DNA from: Lingula anatina
Taxonomy: Eukaryota; Animalia; Brachiopoda
Length of the DNA: 64,000 nucleotides
Direction: 5' to 3'
Assembly (NCBI GenBank): GCA_051362555.1
Contig: CM120640.1
Location: 49,888,788 to 49,952,787 of the forward strand
Numbering within the stretch: position 1 is the stretch's first letter; every line of letters begins with the position of its first letter. Positions 37,701 to 50,659 of this stretch are shown piece by piece. The notes below the pieces were generated by a model, which worked only from the letters and a program-made list of their open reading frames with translations, did no database searches and had not been told where the DNA came from. Made by a program: the position numbers and the translations under genes.

Positions 37701-40700
37701 CTATTACGATTACGTAATAGCTTGTTTGCATATTCATTTCAATGATGTCAGGACCCACGTACTGCAGTAGTATTGCAATAGAATTTCTGCCTGATTGAAA
37801 TCAAAGAACGAGCGGTTGTTGGCCTGGGCTATAGAAACCCTTATACTGAAGAAAAGCACGGCTAGAGGCCGAGAGAGTCATGAACGTGGCGTAACACGCG
37901 ATAGACCTTTCCAAACTTAGCATGATTAACTCGCTCATTGAAAAGAAATTGGTATTTGAGAATTTTATTTAATACTAAAATGTTATTTTTCTCATTATTG
38001 CACGACGCGATTTCCGCTGTAGGACTTCCATATACCCACATTAATAGTAAATATGCACTAGACGTAAACATACCAATACTTATTGTTTTTACACATGTAT
38101 ATAGCCCATGCAAGCGTTATTTCCCTGATACAATATGTTTCTCCTGAGGCAAACTGACACGACCTTGCTGCTTTGATGGACCTTTTTTGCGCAGTTTTCC
38201 TTAGTTCGAGCCGCGGTGCAAGTTTCATAGGTGAAAGACTTCTCCGCAATTCCTGGCAATTTCTTTTTCCATCTCTTTCATTCTTTTTCTTTCTTCTTGG
38301 CTTGTCTTCTTGGTTTCAGTCATGACGTCCTTGAGGCTTTTCCAACTACTGTATTTGTACACCTATTTTTCATCTCCGGCTTCGTTTATTGTCTTTGTTG
38401 CATTTTTCTGATTTTTATATGCCACCTGACATTTAAACACCTAAAAAATTTTGGGGACATAGAAGTTAAACTGCATTACATATTGGAACAATTATATGAA
38501 TAAAGTATTTCAACTAACAACGATAGTTACCTATTCTGAGCTTATAGGTCAGACGCTAACTGTCTTGTTTTTTTACATGTAGAACGGTTTAGCTGGCTCT
38601 ACTGTATCTTGTCAATGTTCACAAGCATTTAAAGGTGATTGCACAGAAGAAATAAATGACATGCATAAGGAAGTGAAAATTGATAAAACAATATCTAGGT
38701 AAAATATAGTTATCCCACATCATAAAGGAACTGCCCTTTCACTTGCAGTCATCACAATTATGTAAACACTACCCTAAGCTTTGGTTCTCAAAATCTTAAT
38801 CAGCCCTAAATTTTATCATTATCAACATTTTGCCTGGTCCGTGGGATCCACCGTATAATTCTTAGAAAATTGTGCACCATATTTATTCATGTTTCGATAT
38901 TTTTCTTCCCAATATCAAAATGTTTTTGAACTCGTGACTCTTTCTGGGCGTTGTTCAGTGAACCAGTGAACCGTTTACATAACGCGAGGTACACAACTGT
39001 AAACTAACACCAACAGGGTGCGTAACCTTGTTTACAGAATGTTGCATGTTACTTCTGCTTCCTTACCTGTCCGTATCGTACCCCTCAAATCCTATTGTAC
39101 CGTGAAAATCCTATTGAACTCCGAGTTCGCATAAACAACCACTGCGTAGTCAGGGTCAGCAAGTCAACTTTTGCGTCTTTCTGACATATCACTAGGGCGT
39201 TAAGCTTTTATAAATCTACGATATATATCCCTGGAGGTTTCTCTTTAGTTAAGTCACGCTCCATTATTATCTTTCATGATGTTAACTTATTATTCATTAA
39301 AGACCATGCTACAATCTAGCCTTGGATTACGTCTGGATTAACTCATGCCTTTGCGCAATAAGCAAGTCACAATTTTAAAAGTCCGCATCTGTCTAGGCCT
39401 TGCACGCTGTATTTTTGGAATCAGTACCCAGTGGCTACCCAGGTACAGCATTACATTGAAAAGATTACCATCGTTGGTGAAATTAATAACGGACAAAGTA
39501 TTCAAAGCGGAAAATGCGCACCAGTCGTTTACGAAGGCAGAAATAAAATGTGGCCTACTTTAAATGGTCAAGCGAACCTGTCTCCCCCCGAAAATTTAAC
39601 CCATTGATAATTTGGTCTAATATTGTTTAAAAGATAGAAGTAGATAAATGTTAGCCATTCTGTTTTACGATTGAAATTTGACCTACTTGATGTCCGAACC
39701 GACTTGAATTTCCAACAGCGGTTTTCAGACTTTAATCATCTTGACCTTTACATGTACAGTACTTCCATCGACAGGTATAAATGCTCTGCAGTTTCCGCAC
39801 AGTTGATTCTCAAATTATGTCATAAAAGCAAGGCCGCATTTTTATTCAGCTCAAATATCTCTCCCTCAAGAAAAATAGCTACTTCAAACTTGCTTCATTC
39901 AATGGCATGTATGGATTATATAACTGGACACTGAAATGACAATTATGACCAATGCTTCAGTACGCTGCATGGAATTTAGTAAGAATCTTACTAGAGCTTA
40001 GAGAAGGCTTTGGGAGGGATAAGAGGTCGGATTACAAGTGGTTGCGAACATTCTGCCATTGCTGTTATTAACATTGGTAGCACCTTGTTTGAAACGGAGG
40101 GTTGAGCCACCACTAAGCTCTAATTCGAGAAATAAATAATTCATCACAGATCACAATGACTTCCATCTAACACGAATAGCAACTTTGCACGCTAGCTGTT
40201 TATTGGATACACGTTCAATAAAAAAGATAAATATGGTCACAATCAAGTTTTGACAAAACAATTTGAATGTATGCAAAAGATTAAGTATCTTTTCTTTTCG
40301 AAAAAAAGTGTCCAGGGGGAAAGGCTCACTGTATATTGATATCGGCTCGATTATGAAAACTTCACAAATATATCCACTGGCGGATCCAGAAATTTAATGT
40401 TGGGGGGGGGGGGGGGGGGGGGGTATACAAGGATGAAAATCCACCACTCACGCGCATCTTACATAGGTTGGATAAAAACGCGCAGTATTTCCAATTTCAC
40501 TTTCCAAAGAACTATCCATCATAATTTTAGAAATTCACCCAATGTGATAATGCAACATCTTAATCTTTTCAATACAAAACATGGCAGATTAATTTGCAGT
40601 ATTTGATGCCGTCTTCAGAATGGTGGTCTGTCTCCAGTCTGCAAAACCAAAATCAACGAACATCGACGTATTACTAAGGTTATTTCACAAATTCTTGGAA

Positions 40701-41780
40701 ACCTCATAACAACACAGTAAATCAAATTAACATTTCAATCTGCAACATAAGACAGATAAACTTCGAGCATATAAAGAATACAAAAGAATCAGTAAGACAA
40801 TTACATGTCTAGTAAGTTGAATATTTCGTGACATAACAATCACAACATCTAATTTAATTACTCAGTCTGACCTTGTAGAACCATGCGAAATTTAGTTAAT
40901 GACTCTTATCAACTGGATTTAATGGCATTGAGGCAAGGATGCGCAGGTCCCGAACATTCTAATATCGGTACACCATAATTAAAATTAACTGAACTTGTGG
41001 GCAACATCTTGCTTACATGTCGTTAACTCTTGAGCCCATTATACAGGCGCCAAAATAAGCTTTTTCGACATTCAGATAAAACAAAACGAAAAAAATTAGA
41101 AGCAACTGTAAAACAGCATATAACAGTGAATAATCAGTTAATAAAAAGTTCCAATGGACAAACAACATAAAATGGATGCCTGTTTGACAAGCTGGTTTCA
41201 AGAATACATTTATACATAGGCTAAGGCTAGGACTACAAAGTTAAATTTACCCTACGTAGATATGTGTAGTAATATCTTGTAGTGGTGTATGACATACCTT
41301 GGCAGGGATGCAAGTATAACATAGTAGAACTATCGCACCTCACGGACCCTTTCTTTCAGATTACTGATCACAGAAAAATCCAAATACTCTCTACATTGCG
41401 TATCCGTCTCTTATTAAATAGATGATAAGAGTCATTCTGGCTCATTTATTGAGGTTTGCTTTTTTTATAACGGTTTCAATTCGAGTAAATATATTTGAAG
41501 CATTTAATAGAAACAATTACAACATTAAACTACAAAAAAGTTCGCAGCTGTATCAGGAAGAGGCATGGCAATTATAAACAATTATCCGAGCAACAACAGG
41601 TTCTCCGGTCATTTCTTATGTCCAGTCCTGCTGAATACAACTAGAGTATCCCATATACATGTACATTAATACAGCTCTACTCCTTATAGGTGCTTGGTTG
41701 AAACATTTTTCAAAAGACAGGGTTATCCTGTAATATTAATTTCGTAATTATAATATTGCATTCACTTAATACATTTATCA

Positions 41781-44762
41781 TTAATTCATGAAAGAAAGAT
41801 TTATCAGAGATGTAGGTACTAAATTTTTATGGTAGATAGAAAATACTGTCATAATGTCTAAGGTTGGGGATTCTCTGTAATTTAACAAAATGGCTAGTTT
41901 TTTGTCAGAGCTCGCTGTCCTTGTGGTAGATAGAGACTTTCCACACTGCACTAACTCTATGTTTGACGTTGATGAAAATTCAACTAGTAGGTTACATTGT
42001 TGAAAACTATTGGTGGACAGAAATCTTGGTTTTGACTGAGTAGAGTGTGAAAGCTGACATGTTGGTTTTGGTTGAGGATTGTCATTGTATAGTGTCCTCT
42101 TGCGGAGTGCAGGTGATTGTTGCTGGTGCTTCTGTGGCAAGTTGACACGTGATGATGCAGATCTGATAGGAAATAGATTGCTGACTGTTTTGTTCATATT
42201 ATTTTTTCTTTTTGTAACTGGAACGTCTGTAAAATAAACATAAATGAAATGAGTACGAACAGCATGAAGTATACTTACAACGATAAAAAATAAAAACAAA
42301 ACGCCTCATAAGCTTAGCAGTTCATATTTCTTGCTCGCATAAACAGCAGACATATCGAGTTTCATCCGTAACCAGTGTCACATTTGGTCAAAGTGATTAA
42401 CTTACCCATTTGACAGTTGTTATTGCTGTTCTGTTTCTTATTGCCAATGCTTGTCTTCTTCACCACCAGACGAAGTTTGTCCTTAGACTTTTCCATAATT
42501 TTTCTAGCTCCATTAACTAATGATTCTGTCGCAGTTTTGTTGATCTAACATTAAAGAAAATAGCTTTGAAAATGCAAAAGCACTCGCTTACAGTGTTAAC
42601 GTGGAGCATATGTTATCTTTATAAATATGGTATTTTATGACTTACAAAAACTCTAAATTTGGCAACTTTTACAGTTTTCGTATACACCTACCCTGATAAC
42701 TGTTTTTCCTTCTTTATTTCCACAATCACGAGCTACCCATCTGTTACAAATTGTTTCCTTGATGTAGAATCTGATGCCCAGAACAATATTATAATCTGAA
42801 ATGAAAATATATAATTACGTCACTGTAGCCACTAGTCATGGGCGGATCCTGGGGAAATTATTCATATTTGCTTTATCCTAAGATCTAATATACCGTTTAT
42901 TAGATCTTAGCTTTATCAAGAAGAAAAAATAATTGCACTGAGATCCCACACAATCTTAAAGGGATAATAACTCTTCGTTTCGGCCAAAAAATGAATTTTC
43001 CTGGAGTAAACAACAATTTTCCCATACTTACTAATGGTTAATGAATCCATTTTTACATTCAAAGTTAGTCCCTGTTTTTTTTCTAAAAAGTTTGGTTTTT
43101 TGTTAAAATCTCTTAAGAGATTTTAACAGAGTATAGCCTTCAATGGAGGTCACGTGGTCTAAAGACAAGCTCGGATATCAGAATAAGAGCTATAACTGCC
43201 GTTTTTGTGGTAAAAAAGAATGTATTATATTTCTGTGAGTTCTTCACAATGTTTTTATTGTGAAATATAGATCTCATACGAAGAGTTATTATCCCTTTAA
43301 ATATAACAATAATTCAGGAATGCAGGTCGATTGGGGGGGGGGGGGGGGGGGGGCACTCCACAGATGCATTAGCGCACACACGGGAGTTTAATCTAGAAAA
43401 AAAATAGACAACTTGTTGGTTGTTTCAACTTACATTCCCTTTCGTTCTTCTCGTTAATAGCCACACTGGCCTGCGCATGTTCTTCAGCATCACTAAGCAC
43501 GACTAACCTGCGGATGACCTACAACAACGAAATGCTGATTACTACTAATATAAACAATTGCTTTAAATTATCAGCTACCAGTCGTTATCTTATTATAAAT
43601 ATAAAGAACTAACTGACCATGTCCATCGTGTTCCCACAATTTTCGAGAGCTCCGATGGCTGAAGAGTGGTCAATGTGGTCAAAGGAAGACCCATTCACAC
43701 TTATCACACGGTCATTTATTCTAGAAAAAAGAATGGTGAAAATTTTAATTAACCATGCAGGAATCTCTGTTGAGAAATCTCCTATAACAGCAAATTAACC
43801 CTTTAACAGGTAAAAATACCCGCAACTGTAATGGACCCTTCCAAAAAATTAAAAATATTACGAATAACAACAGGCCGAGTGGACAATGGAATGTTAATGA
43901 ATATCGGGCAATATTTATCGAAAATTAAAAATGAAAGTCTAGCAACTAGCCTCTCTGATGAAACTTACTGTAGTTTTCCGTTTGCTGGACCAGTCTTCAG
44001 TACGTCCGAAATCAATATCGAATTATCTCCATTCTGTGGACTGTCAATACCACCACTCACTGCTATACCGAATCCTAACACAGGGACCTACACATGGGCA
44101 AATATCAAATATAATATACAGGTATATTACTTCACATGTATATATGAACGTAATGTTAGTTCTCATTTTACATTTATTCACTCTTATGCATGCACCTGAC
44201 AAACTTTTACAACATAAACAAGCGGCTATTCCAACTTAACAACGTAATTAATCTACATAATTACATATGATGGGTAAAGTAATTGACGAAGTTAATTTTT
44301 TTCACACGGTAGATAACAATCTGAACAACTTCATGTTCGTTCCTGAACTTGTAGACTATACAAATGGCTGTTAATTATCTCATCATCGAAATTTTAATAA
44401 CAGGTACATTAAATCAAGGCGAATAGACCCACGGCCCCCTTAAATGCATCTCTACATCGCATGAATATAATGTGATTAGGAAATGTAGGCTACAAAAATG
44501 GACTTTTCAAATGTGAAAAAAAACAGCTTTGCCTACCTTTGATAATTGCACCTTATAAATCTCCCAGCCAGCTTCCTCGATCTAGAATAGGATAATACTT
44601 TGATAACAACAACAAAAAAGTAAATATCATAATTGAAATCTTGTTGTTCGAGTATGCCTAATAGAATTCTGTCATGAAACACAGTCAGTCAACTTTAAGA
44701 GCTAGTCGCAACATTATCAAACTTACAGGATACACACAGCGGTATTGGTACCTGTAAAACAT
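41781..44762 (-). CDS. ZO-1/Polychaetoid-like protein with only PDZ1, PDZ2 and a low-complexity tail. Exons: 44727-44762, 44537-44581, 43969-44087, 43618-43720, 43434-43518, 42692-42795, 42406-42544, 41781-42226
   Basis: Spliced translation: [12 protein letters not shown]|[40 protein letters not shown]|[34 protein letters not shown]|VIRR (ZO-1 PDZ1-like), then [13 protein letters not shown]...|[30 protein letters not shown] (PDZ2-like). All phases are compatible. The first and last exons are less certain. Confidence 0.8.
42956..43300 (+). mobile_element. TTAA/AGGG MITE (Kolobok-like), copy 2, in an intron of the PDZ gene
   Basis: ttaaagggataataactcttcgt ... acgaagagttattatccctttaa; internal sequence is near-identical to 31768-32118. 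Confidence 0.88.
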
Positions 44763-46975
44763 GGGACTATATGGAGTTCCATGCTGTAAAGTGTACATAG
44801 TGTATCACGATGTGGCCTTACGCAAAAAATCACGTTTAAAATGAAACTTAAGTTCGAAATACACCCGACACTACTGCAACACTCTATTTGTTTAAAACTG
44901 TCGTACCTGACTGCCACGATTTTGTGAATCTGAAATAACGTTACACAGCTTAAGCCTCATCTTGACTGCAGAACTGAGGATGGGGTCTTCACTGCTGCTA
45001 TGAGTGAACTGTACGCATATCTATGGATGAAAATGGCATGTGCCCTGTTAATTTTTACCACAGTTGCTTATATACATTACATGGAGGGACCCTAAGTTAC
45101 CGTATAAGCCAATCAGAGAGCTCATTATTAGAAGCCAGTGATTATCTTCTGAGCGCATCAGTTCGTAGGAGGGTCTCTTTTGTATCCAAAGATCTGGATG
45201 GTTGTTACCTGGCTTATTAGGTCAGGTAATTGAGCTGTTCCTAGTTCTGGGGCGCGTGCCCCTCTAGCTCGAGGCAGATGCTTGATGAGCAATATCCAGG
45301 TAACAACATTCCATTATTATGGAGGAGCAACGATTACGAGAAGCCTGTAGATAACTGTAGCATATTACTGGGAGGATCTTTTTTTAACCTGTGGCCAGAG
45401 GGCACTACATTCGCTTTCCAACTTAAAACCTGAGATACACTCTGGTAAACCCAAAAAACGCCAATAAGGGAAATTTGTTGTGTTATGTGGACTCGCAGTT
45501 GCGTGTTAATCATATGTAATTTGAAGCGTATCTTCAAAAATATCTCTTAAACATATATTTAAGTTTACAGATTTGATCGCAATATTTTAAGAGGCTGGAC
45601 AGTTTTAAACGATCACAGATTATCATCTAAGCTTTGCTGGCTTTTCTGACTTTAACCAATAGGAACACCCCTTCTTGGTAGCTCATTTTTTTACATTTTC
45701 CTTTCACATCAGCAAATAGCATATGATGAAAACTCGGGGAAACAGAATTGAACTTGGTACCTCTGAATATTTTTATCGTCGGCTATTGTTATAATAATGC
45801 TATTACATGTCAAATTGACGATTTTCATCTTTTGAAAAGATGCGCCTGGGGTGGGACACATTCGCACACTTGGTTAAATATTTTGAAATCGAAAGCTCAC
45901 TTCTGATACTTATACCACAAATAGGGTATATAAATGAACTTTATTCTGAAAAAAATCTGGAAGCCTGAAGGCAATGCCGGTAGTTTACTCTCCATCTCAA
46001 TTTTTATAAAAACGGGGCGGACTAAGCTCGCCTTCCCCTATATTTTTAATGGTCTATTGCTGAATTTAATTATTGAACTGATGTCATAAATACACTGAAG
46101 AGGTTATCAAAAGTTACAGAAAAGTGATTAAAATAAGTTTTCATTGATTACTTGGAAAAAAATCGATGAAATATGTTTTTGAAAAATATTCCTTAATGTC
46201 TCCTCATTAACTTAAGCGAAAGTATACAGTAAAGTAAAGGACAAACACAAATATGGTGTTCGAAATTTGGCCCGTGACGGCCTCTTTTATTGAAAGACCC
46301 CTCTAGTAAAAGAATAGTGCAAAGTTATTATATAGTATTAGATAGATAAATTATAATTACTTAATCGCCAAACTTCCCTTATTAAATTTAAACCTAGTTT
46401 GTAAGCTAATGATCCAGTATAGTGGTACCCGAACACGTACAGAACATGTACATAGACAGGTTCTTGACGTAACTTTAGGACACATGACACTTATTTGATG
46501 AGCCCGTGTCTGTATAGCTCTTATTCATATTAATTTTAAAACAGAAGCATATTCAGTATATGCACTAAGGGTTTGAATTCATCATTTTTGTTATATTCTC
46601 AGGACGCTACCGTTTTTATACACCATTTTTTCTATCATAAATTCCCACGTCGTCACAGAATCGTTCTGTCTGAACTGAGGAATAAAGCCGTTAAGCCCAA
46701 TAAAAAAACAATGTAATCAGAATGTGATAAAAATATATACGAACAAAAATGTTACCGAAAGAGGGCCTTTGGGATATAGGTGCAATATTAGAACAACTTA
46801 CGTTCTGCTAACCTAGATTAGATTTTCAACAGCACAAATTTCACACAGCTGTATAATTCAAGTAAAATAGCTTTACACCCGATTGAACAGGGTCTAACCA
46901 GCTGATAATTTTTAAACTTAAAGACCAATAAGAAGTAGAGTGAGAGTTTAAAGGAAAAAAATCGATCAACGACTA

Positions 46976-49900
46976 ATGGATCTTTGGAGCACGGACAACC
47001 TTATTAAGGTAAATGCACCTTAATTACAGATCACAGATATGGTGAAATAGGGAAAATATTATTTAATATAAAGAGCACTGAATCTCCGAATTATGAATTA
47101 GAAAAATAATGGTTTGTAAACTGTAAAGAAAAGGCTAAAACATTTCCAGGTCCCAGACGCCGATGGCAATGAATTCACCTTGATTGAGTTTGCTGGCCGA
47201 AACTGGCCAGTGTTTCCAGGATTATCAAAGCGAATGGGAGAAGACTTGGCCCAGTTCAAAGCTAGACCTGACGATATTGGATTATCAATTGGCCTAAATC
47301 AGGTAGACAAAACATGGTGATAATATATCTTTAGAGGGTAATTTCCCAAAGATTGAACATTAGGGTCACGTCATTGACGCACACATTTGTATAATATTTG
47401 CATTACTGTTTTACATCATTTCTAATTGATGTTGATTTCTTTACATATAAGAGAGCACAGACAGTGAAGTATAATTAAAACGCAGAAAATAATAGAGCAA
47501 GTTAGATCCATGTAAAAACTAGAAAAGCTTTCAGAGAACGCAGACAGAGAACCAAGACAACTCAGTAATAATTCTCATTAATGATTATTGGATACGTTAA
47601 TAAATAAAATTATTAACTCACCATCCATAACATTTATAGTTAGGTTGGTAGCGAACGAAAAGACAAACATTCAAACGGAGGTGAAAACCCAACTTCCTTG
47701 GAGGAGGTCATCGTCGAAAATGCTTGCGTCACTGACGGGAGGCAGATGGTCAGCTTTTGTGGAATGACCCCAGGGAGGTTTCGTAAACTAATTTTTGTAA
47801 ACGGAATTGATCACGTGATGAATGTTCTTCGCCGCATTACGAACATGTAAGTTAGTGTTATTAGTGTATTGGTATGTACTTATAGCACCAACTGACCTAC
47901 GTGCTACATATATTAGTATATCAGATAGTCTAGACATAAACCATATCTAATATAATACAGGTACATCCAACACGGTGTTTAAACAGATGTGAGAAATAGA
48001 TGCCTAAACAAGCGGGTGGTTGTCATTGTTCAGTTTTGTAAAAGATGAATGAAGTACAAGGGTTCCTTGTTGTTTTCTTATTTCATTAAATATACATACA
48101 TATATGGGTTTTTGTTTACGTGTATGTAACTGTTTGTAATATGTCAGTTTAAACATTGACCGTTTTATTAAGTACTTTAGAAAATTCTAGGAACACACTG
48201 GTGTTGGGAGATATGTTGTATGCTAGCCACTGGGAAGGCTGAGCTGTTACACCAATCCAAATTAACTGCTATGTACCCTGAGGCTGTTGGAAATTCTGCA
48301 GTGGAACCTTTGCCATCACCACGGGTATTGAACACCCACGTCACCCCTGATTTATTTCCAAAAGCTGCACTGGAGAATTCCAAGCTGATCTTTACAGTTA
48401 GACATCCCAAGGATGTGGCCGTGTCTTATTTCTACCATTTAAAAGGGATAAAGTTTTATCAGTATGAAACAGGAGCATGGGCTGGATATTTTCCTGTCTT
48501 TTTAGAGGGGCGAGGTAAGCTATTTAATAATGATCCTGCTTTGTTTGTCTTCTTTTCATACACCGTAAATACATGTTAAAATTAGCAAAAATGTTCATAA
48601 GCTTCGTAGTTTAATTATGTATGATAATATATAATTAAGCACAAGCTGGAATGTTTTCATAGTGTTAGCTTACGGCCAAATATCTAAAATTATACGCAGC
48701 CTGCTTTTTGAATAGTGAATATTTAAAACACAAATTGGTATATTGCAAATTTTGAAATATTTAGATGAATACGGAGATTGGATAAACCATACAGAGTCAT
48801 GGTTGTCTGTTCTGGTGGACAAATCTAACGCTCTTGTTCTCAAGTTTGAGGACTTGAAAAAGGTTCGTTTCTGTTCTTTTCCGCATATTACCGTATTGTA
48901 CAAGTGGAATTTTTAAACCACATTTGGCATAATTTTTCAGAATTTCAGGATTTTTCGTACATATAATACCGCTAGTAGTTTCCATTTCTTATAATCTCTC
49001 CCTTGTCCACACTTTATATTTCCCCGGGTTTCAGGACTTAAAAAAAGAAGTTCACCGCATTGCCGAGTTTCTTGAAAGTACAGGCACAGATGAATTTTAC
49101 GACGAGGTTACTCGGCTTTGTTCTTTTGACATTATGAAGGAAAGAAAGACCGCTGACCTGGAACTATGGAGACCAGAGGCATCGGGTTTCTTCAGGAAAG
49201 GTAAGTTGCGAAATATCCTCAGTTTTACATTATGTCCACTTTAAAACAGACATGTATCAATTTTTGTATCGAAATTACACAACTTCAGCTCTTATTATGC
49301 CTGTACGGAGCTTCTTTTGACTTTCTTAATGTTTTGTGTTTCCGTCCTCTTACACAACCAACCTAAGAACTATGCCAATATACAGCCTTGGGTTGAATTA
49401 GCTTCTAAAGGCCCCCGCATTAGTCAAATCACTGTAAGGCCACACTTTTTTATTTTTATGGATGACATCCTCTGGGTACCCCAAAATCGGTGCGAGAGGG
49501 CGAAAAAAAAAAAAAAAAAAAAAACAGTCCAAAAAAAAAAAAAAAAAAAAAATACTGCATAAGTAAAGGAATGCTGTCAGTACACAGCTGGAAACACAAA
49601 TTTTACCACAGAAACACGAATCAAACTAACAATATGTCTTTATCCATGCTCTCAAAATATTAAAGCATTGCGAATACTTCGTAGAAATGTAAAAAAAAGT
49701 CACAAATAGATATACCTTGTACTTCATATTACCAAATCTATTCAAGGTTATTTCATGCATTTTGTTGGTATAGCAATTAATAAAACAAATATCAAACAAA
49801 CAGTGTGTCTTTATTTGTATTCTCAGAATATTAAAGCACTTTGAACACTTCACAGAAATGTTTAAAAAATGATGCAAAGATATGCTTAATACTACCAAAT

Positions 49901-50659
49901 CTATTTCGGACGATGCCATTTTGTCTACTTCGACTCACACGCAGCAGCCTAACTGTCAGGTGGCCTGTCCGACCTTCAGCCCACCAAATACCTCGACGCC
50001 CTTGTCGACCCTTTTTTCGCTACAGAAAACCTGGTATGTGCTGCTTTGTACAGAATGTCACAGAAATTTTTCGGGCGATAATCGCTGGCTGCCGCCAGCC
50101 TTTCGCATAATTGTAAAAAGGTGATATCTCCATGCCCAATATCAATGGCATACCAATCCAAAACGACGGCGCCCGTTCTCTTTATGACTTTTATTGTAGT
50201 GTAATTTATAAGTAATTCTAGAGATGAATTTGACGGCAAAGCGGCCACATTTCCACGTGGCGATAATACGCATGCGCAGAAAGCTCATTTCCTGGCAAAT
50301 TCAATAACGACCTTTGCGACAACCGACTTTGGGGGCTGGGGGGATTTTTTTTTTCGGAGAACGGGCGAAAATCGGTGCGCGCGCAGGATGTCATCCATAA
50401 AAATAAAAAAAGTGTGGCCTAAAATATATCTTTATACATTAATATCGACATTTCTTTTCTATGTATGAGTAAACGGCCGTAATTCACTAGACTGCTATTC
50501 TATTATTTTTCTGTTTTCTGAAATACGAATGATTTTTTTTCCTGTGGAGATTGGAAACATCACTTTACTGTTGCAAAAAATGAAGAGTTCAACAGATGCT
50601 ACGAGAAAAGGCTCAAGGACACTACTTACGCCAAGAACATTGGATACGAGTTTCTGTAA
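46976..50659 (+). pseudogene. Cytosolic sulfotransferase copy A, probable pseudogene. Exons about 46976-47008, 47150-47302, 48191-48514, 48765-48862, 49035-49200, ~50544-50659
   Basis: Homologous to copies B and C. Exon 2 has a 1-nt deletion (gacgatattggatt versus gacgatacgtggatt / gacgatatgtggatt) just before WPKSG. The last-exon acceptor is missing (cctgtggagattgg versus ttacaggtataactgaagattgg). Confidence 0.78.
49438..50419. mobile_element. Non-autonomous DNA transposon of about 980 bp, PIF/Harbinger-like (TAA target duplication, GGCC termini), in SULT-A intron 5
   Basis: taa-ggccacacttttttatttttatggatgacatcct ... aggatgtcatccataaaaataaaaaaagtgtggcc-taa; absent from the homologous intron of copy B. 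Confidence 0.85.

Noticed and set aside
41290-41370. KKGSVR on the minus strand as a possible ZO-1 PDZ3 remnant
   Set aside because: The similarity is only a few residues, is preceded by a stop, and does not continue into a PDZ pattern.
34800-41700. Short ORFs (60-90 aa) in the intergenic interval
   Set aside because: They are AT-rich with no recognisable motifs, and I could not build a consistent splice chain.
43831-44239. + strand ORFs of 122 and 93 aa
   Set aside because: They lie antisense to the PDZ1 exon and have no recognisable motif.
44329-44387. Possible extra exon of the PDZ gene ([20 protein letters not shown])
   Set aside because: Exon 44537-44581 joins 43969-44087 in phase 0 to give the expected ZO-1-like sequence without it, and its splice signals are weak.
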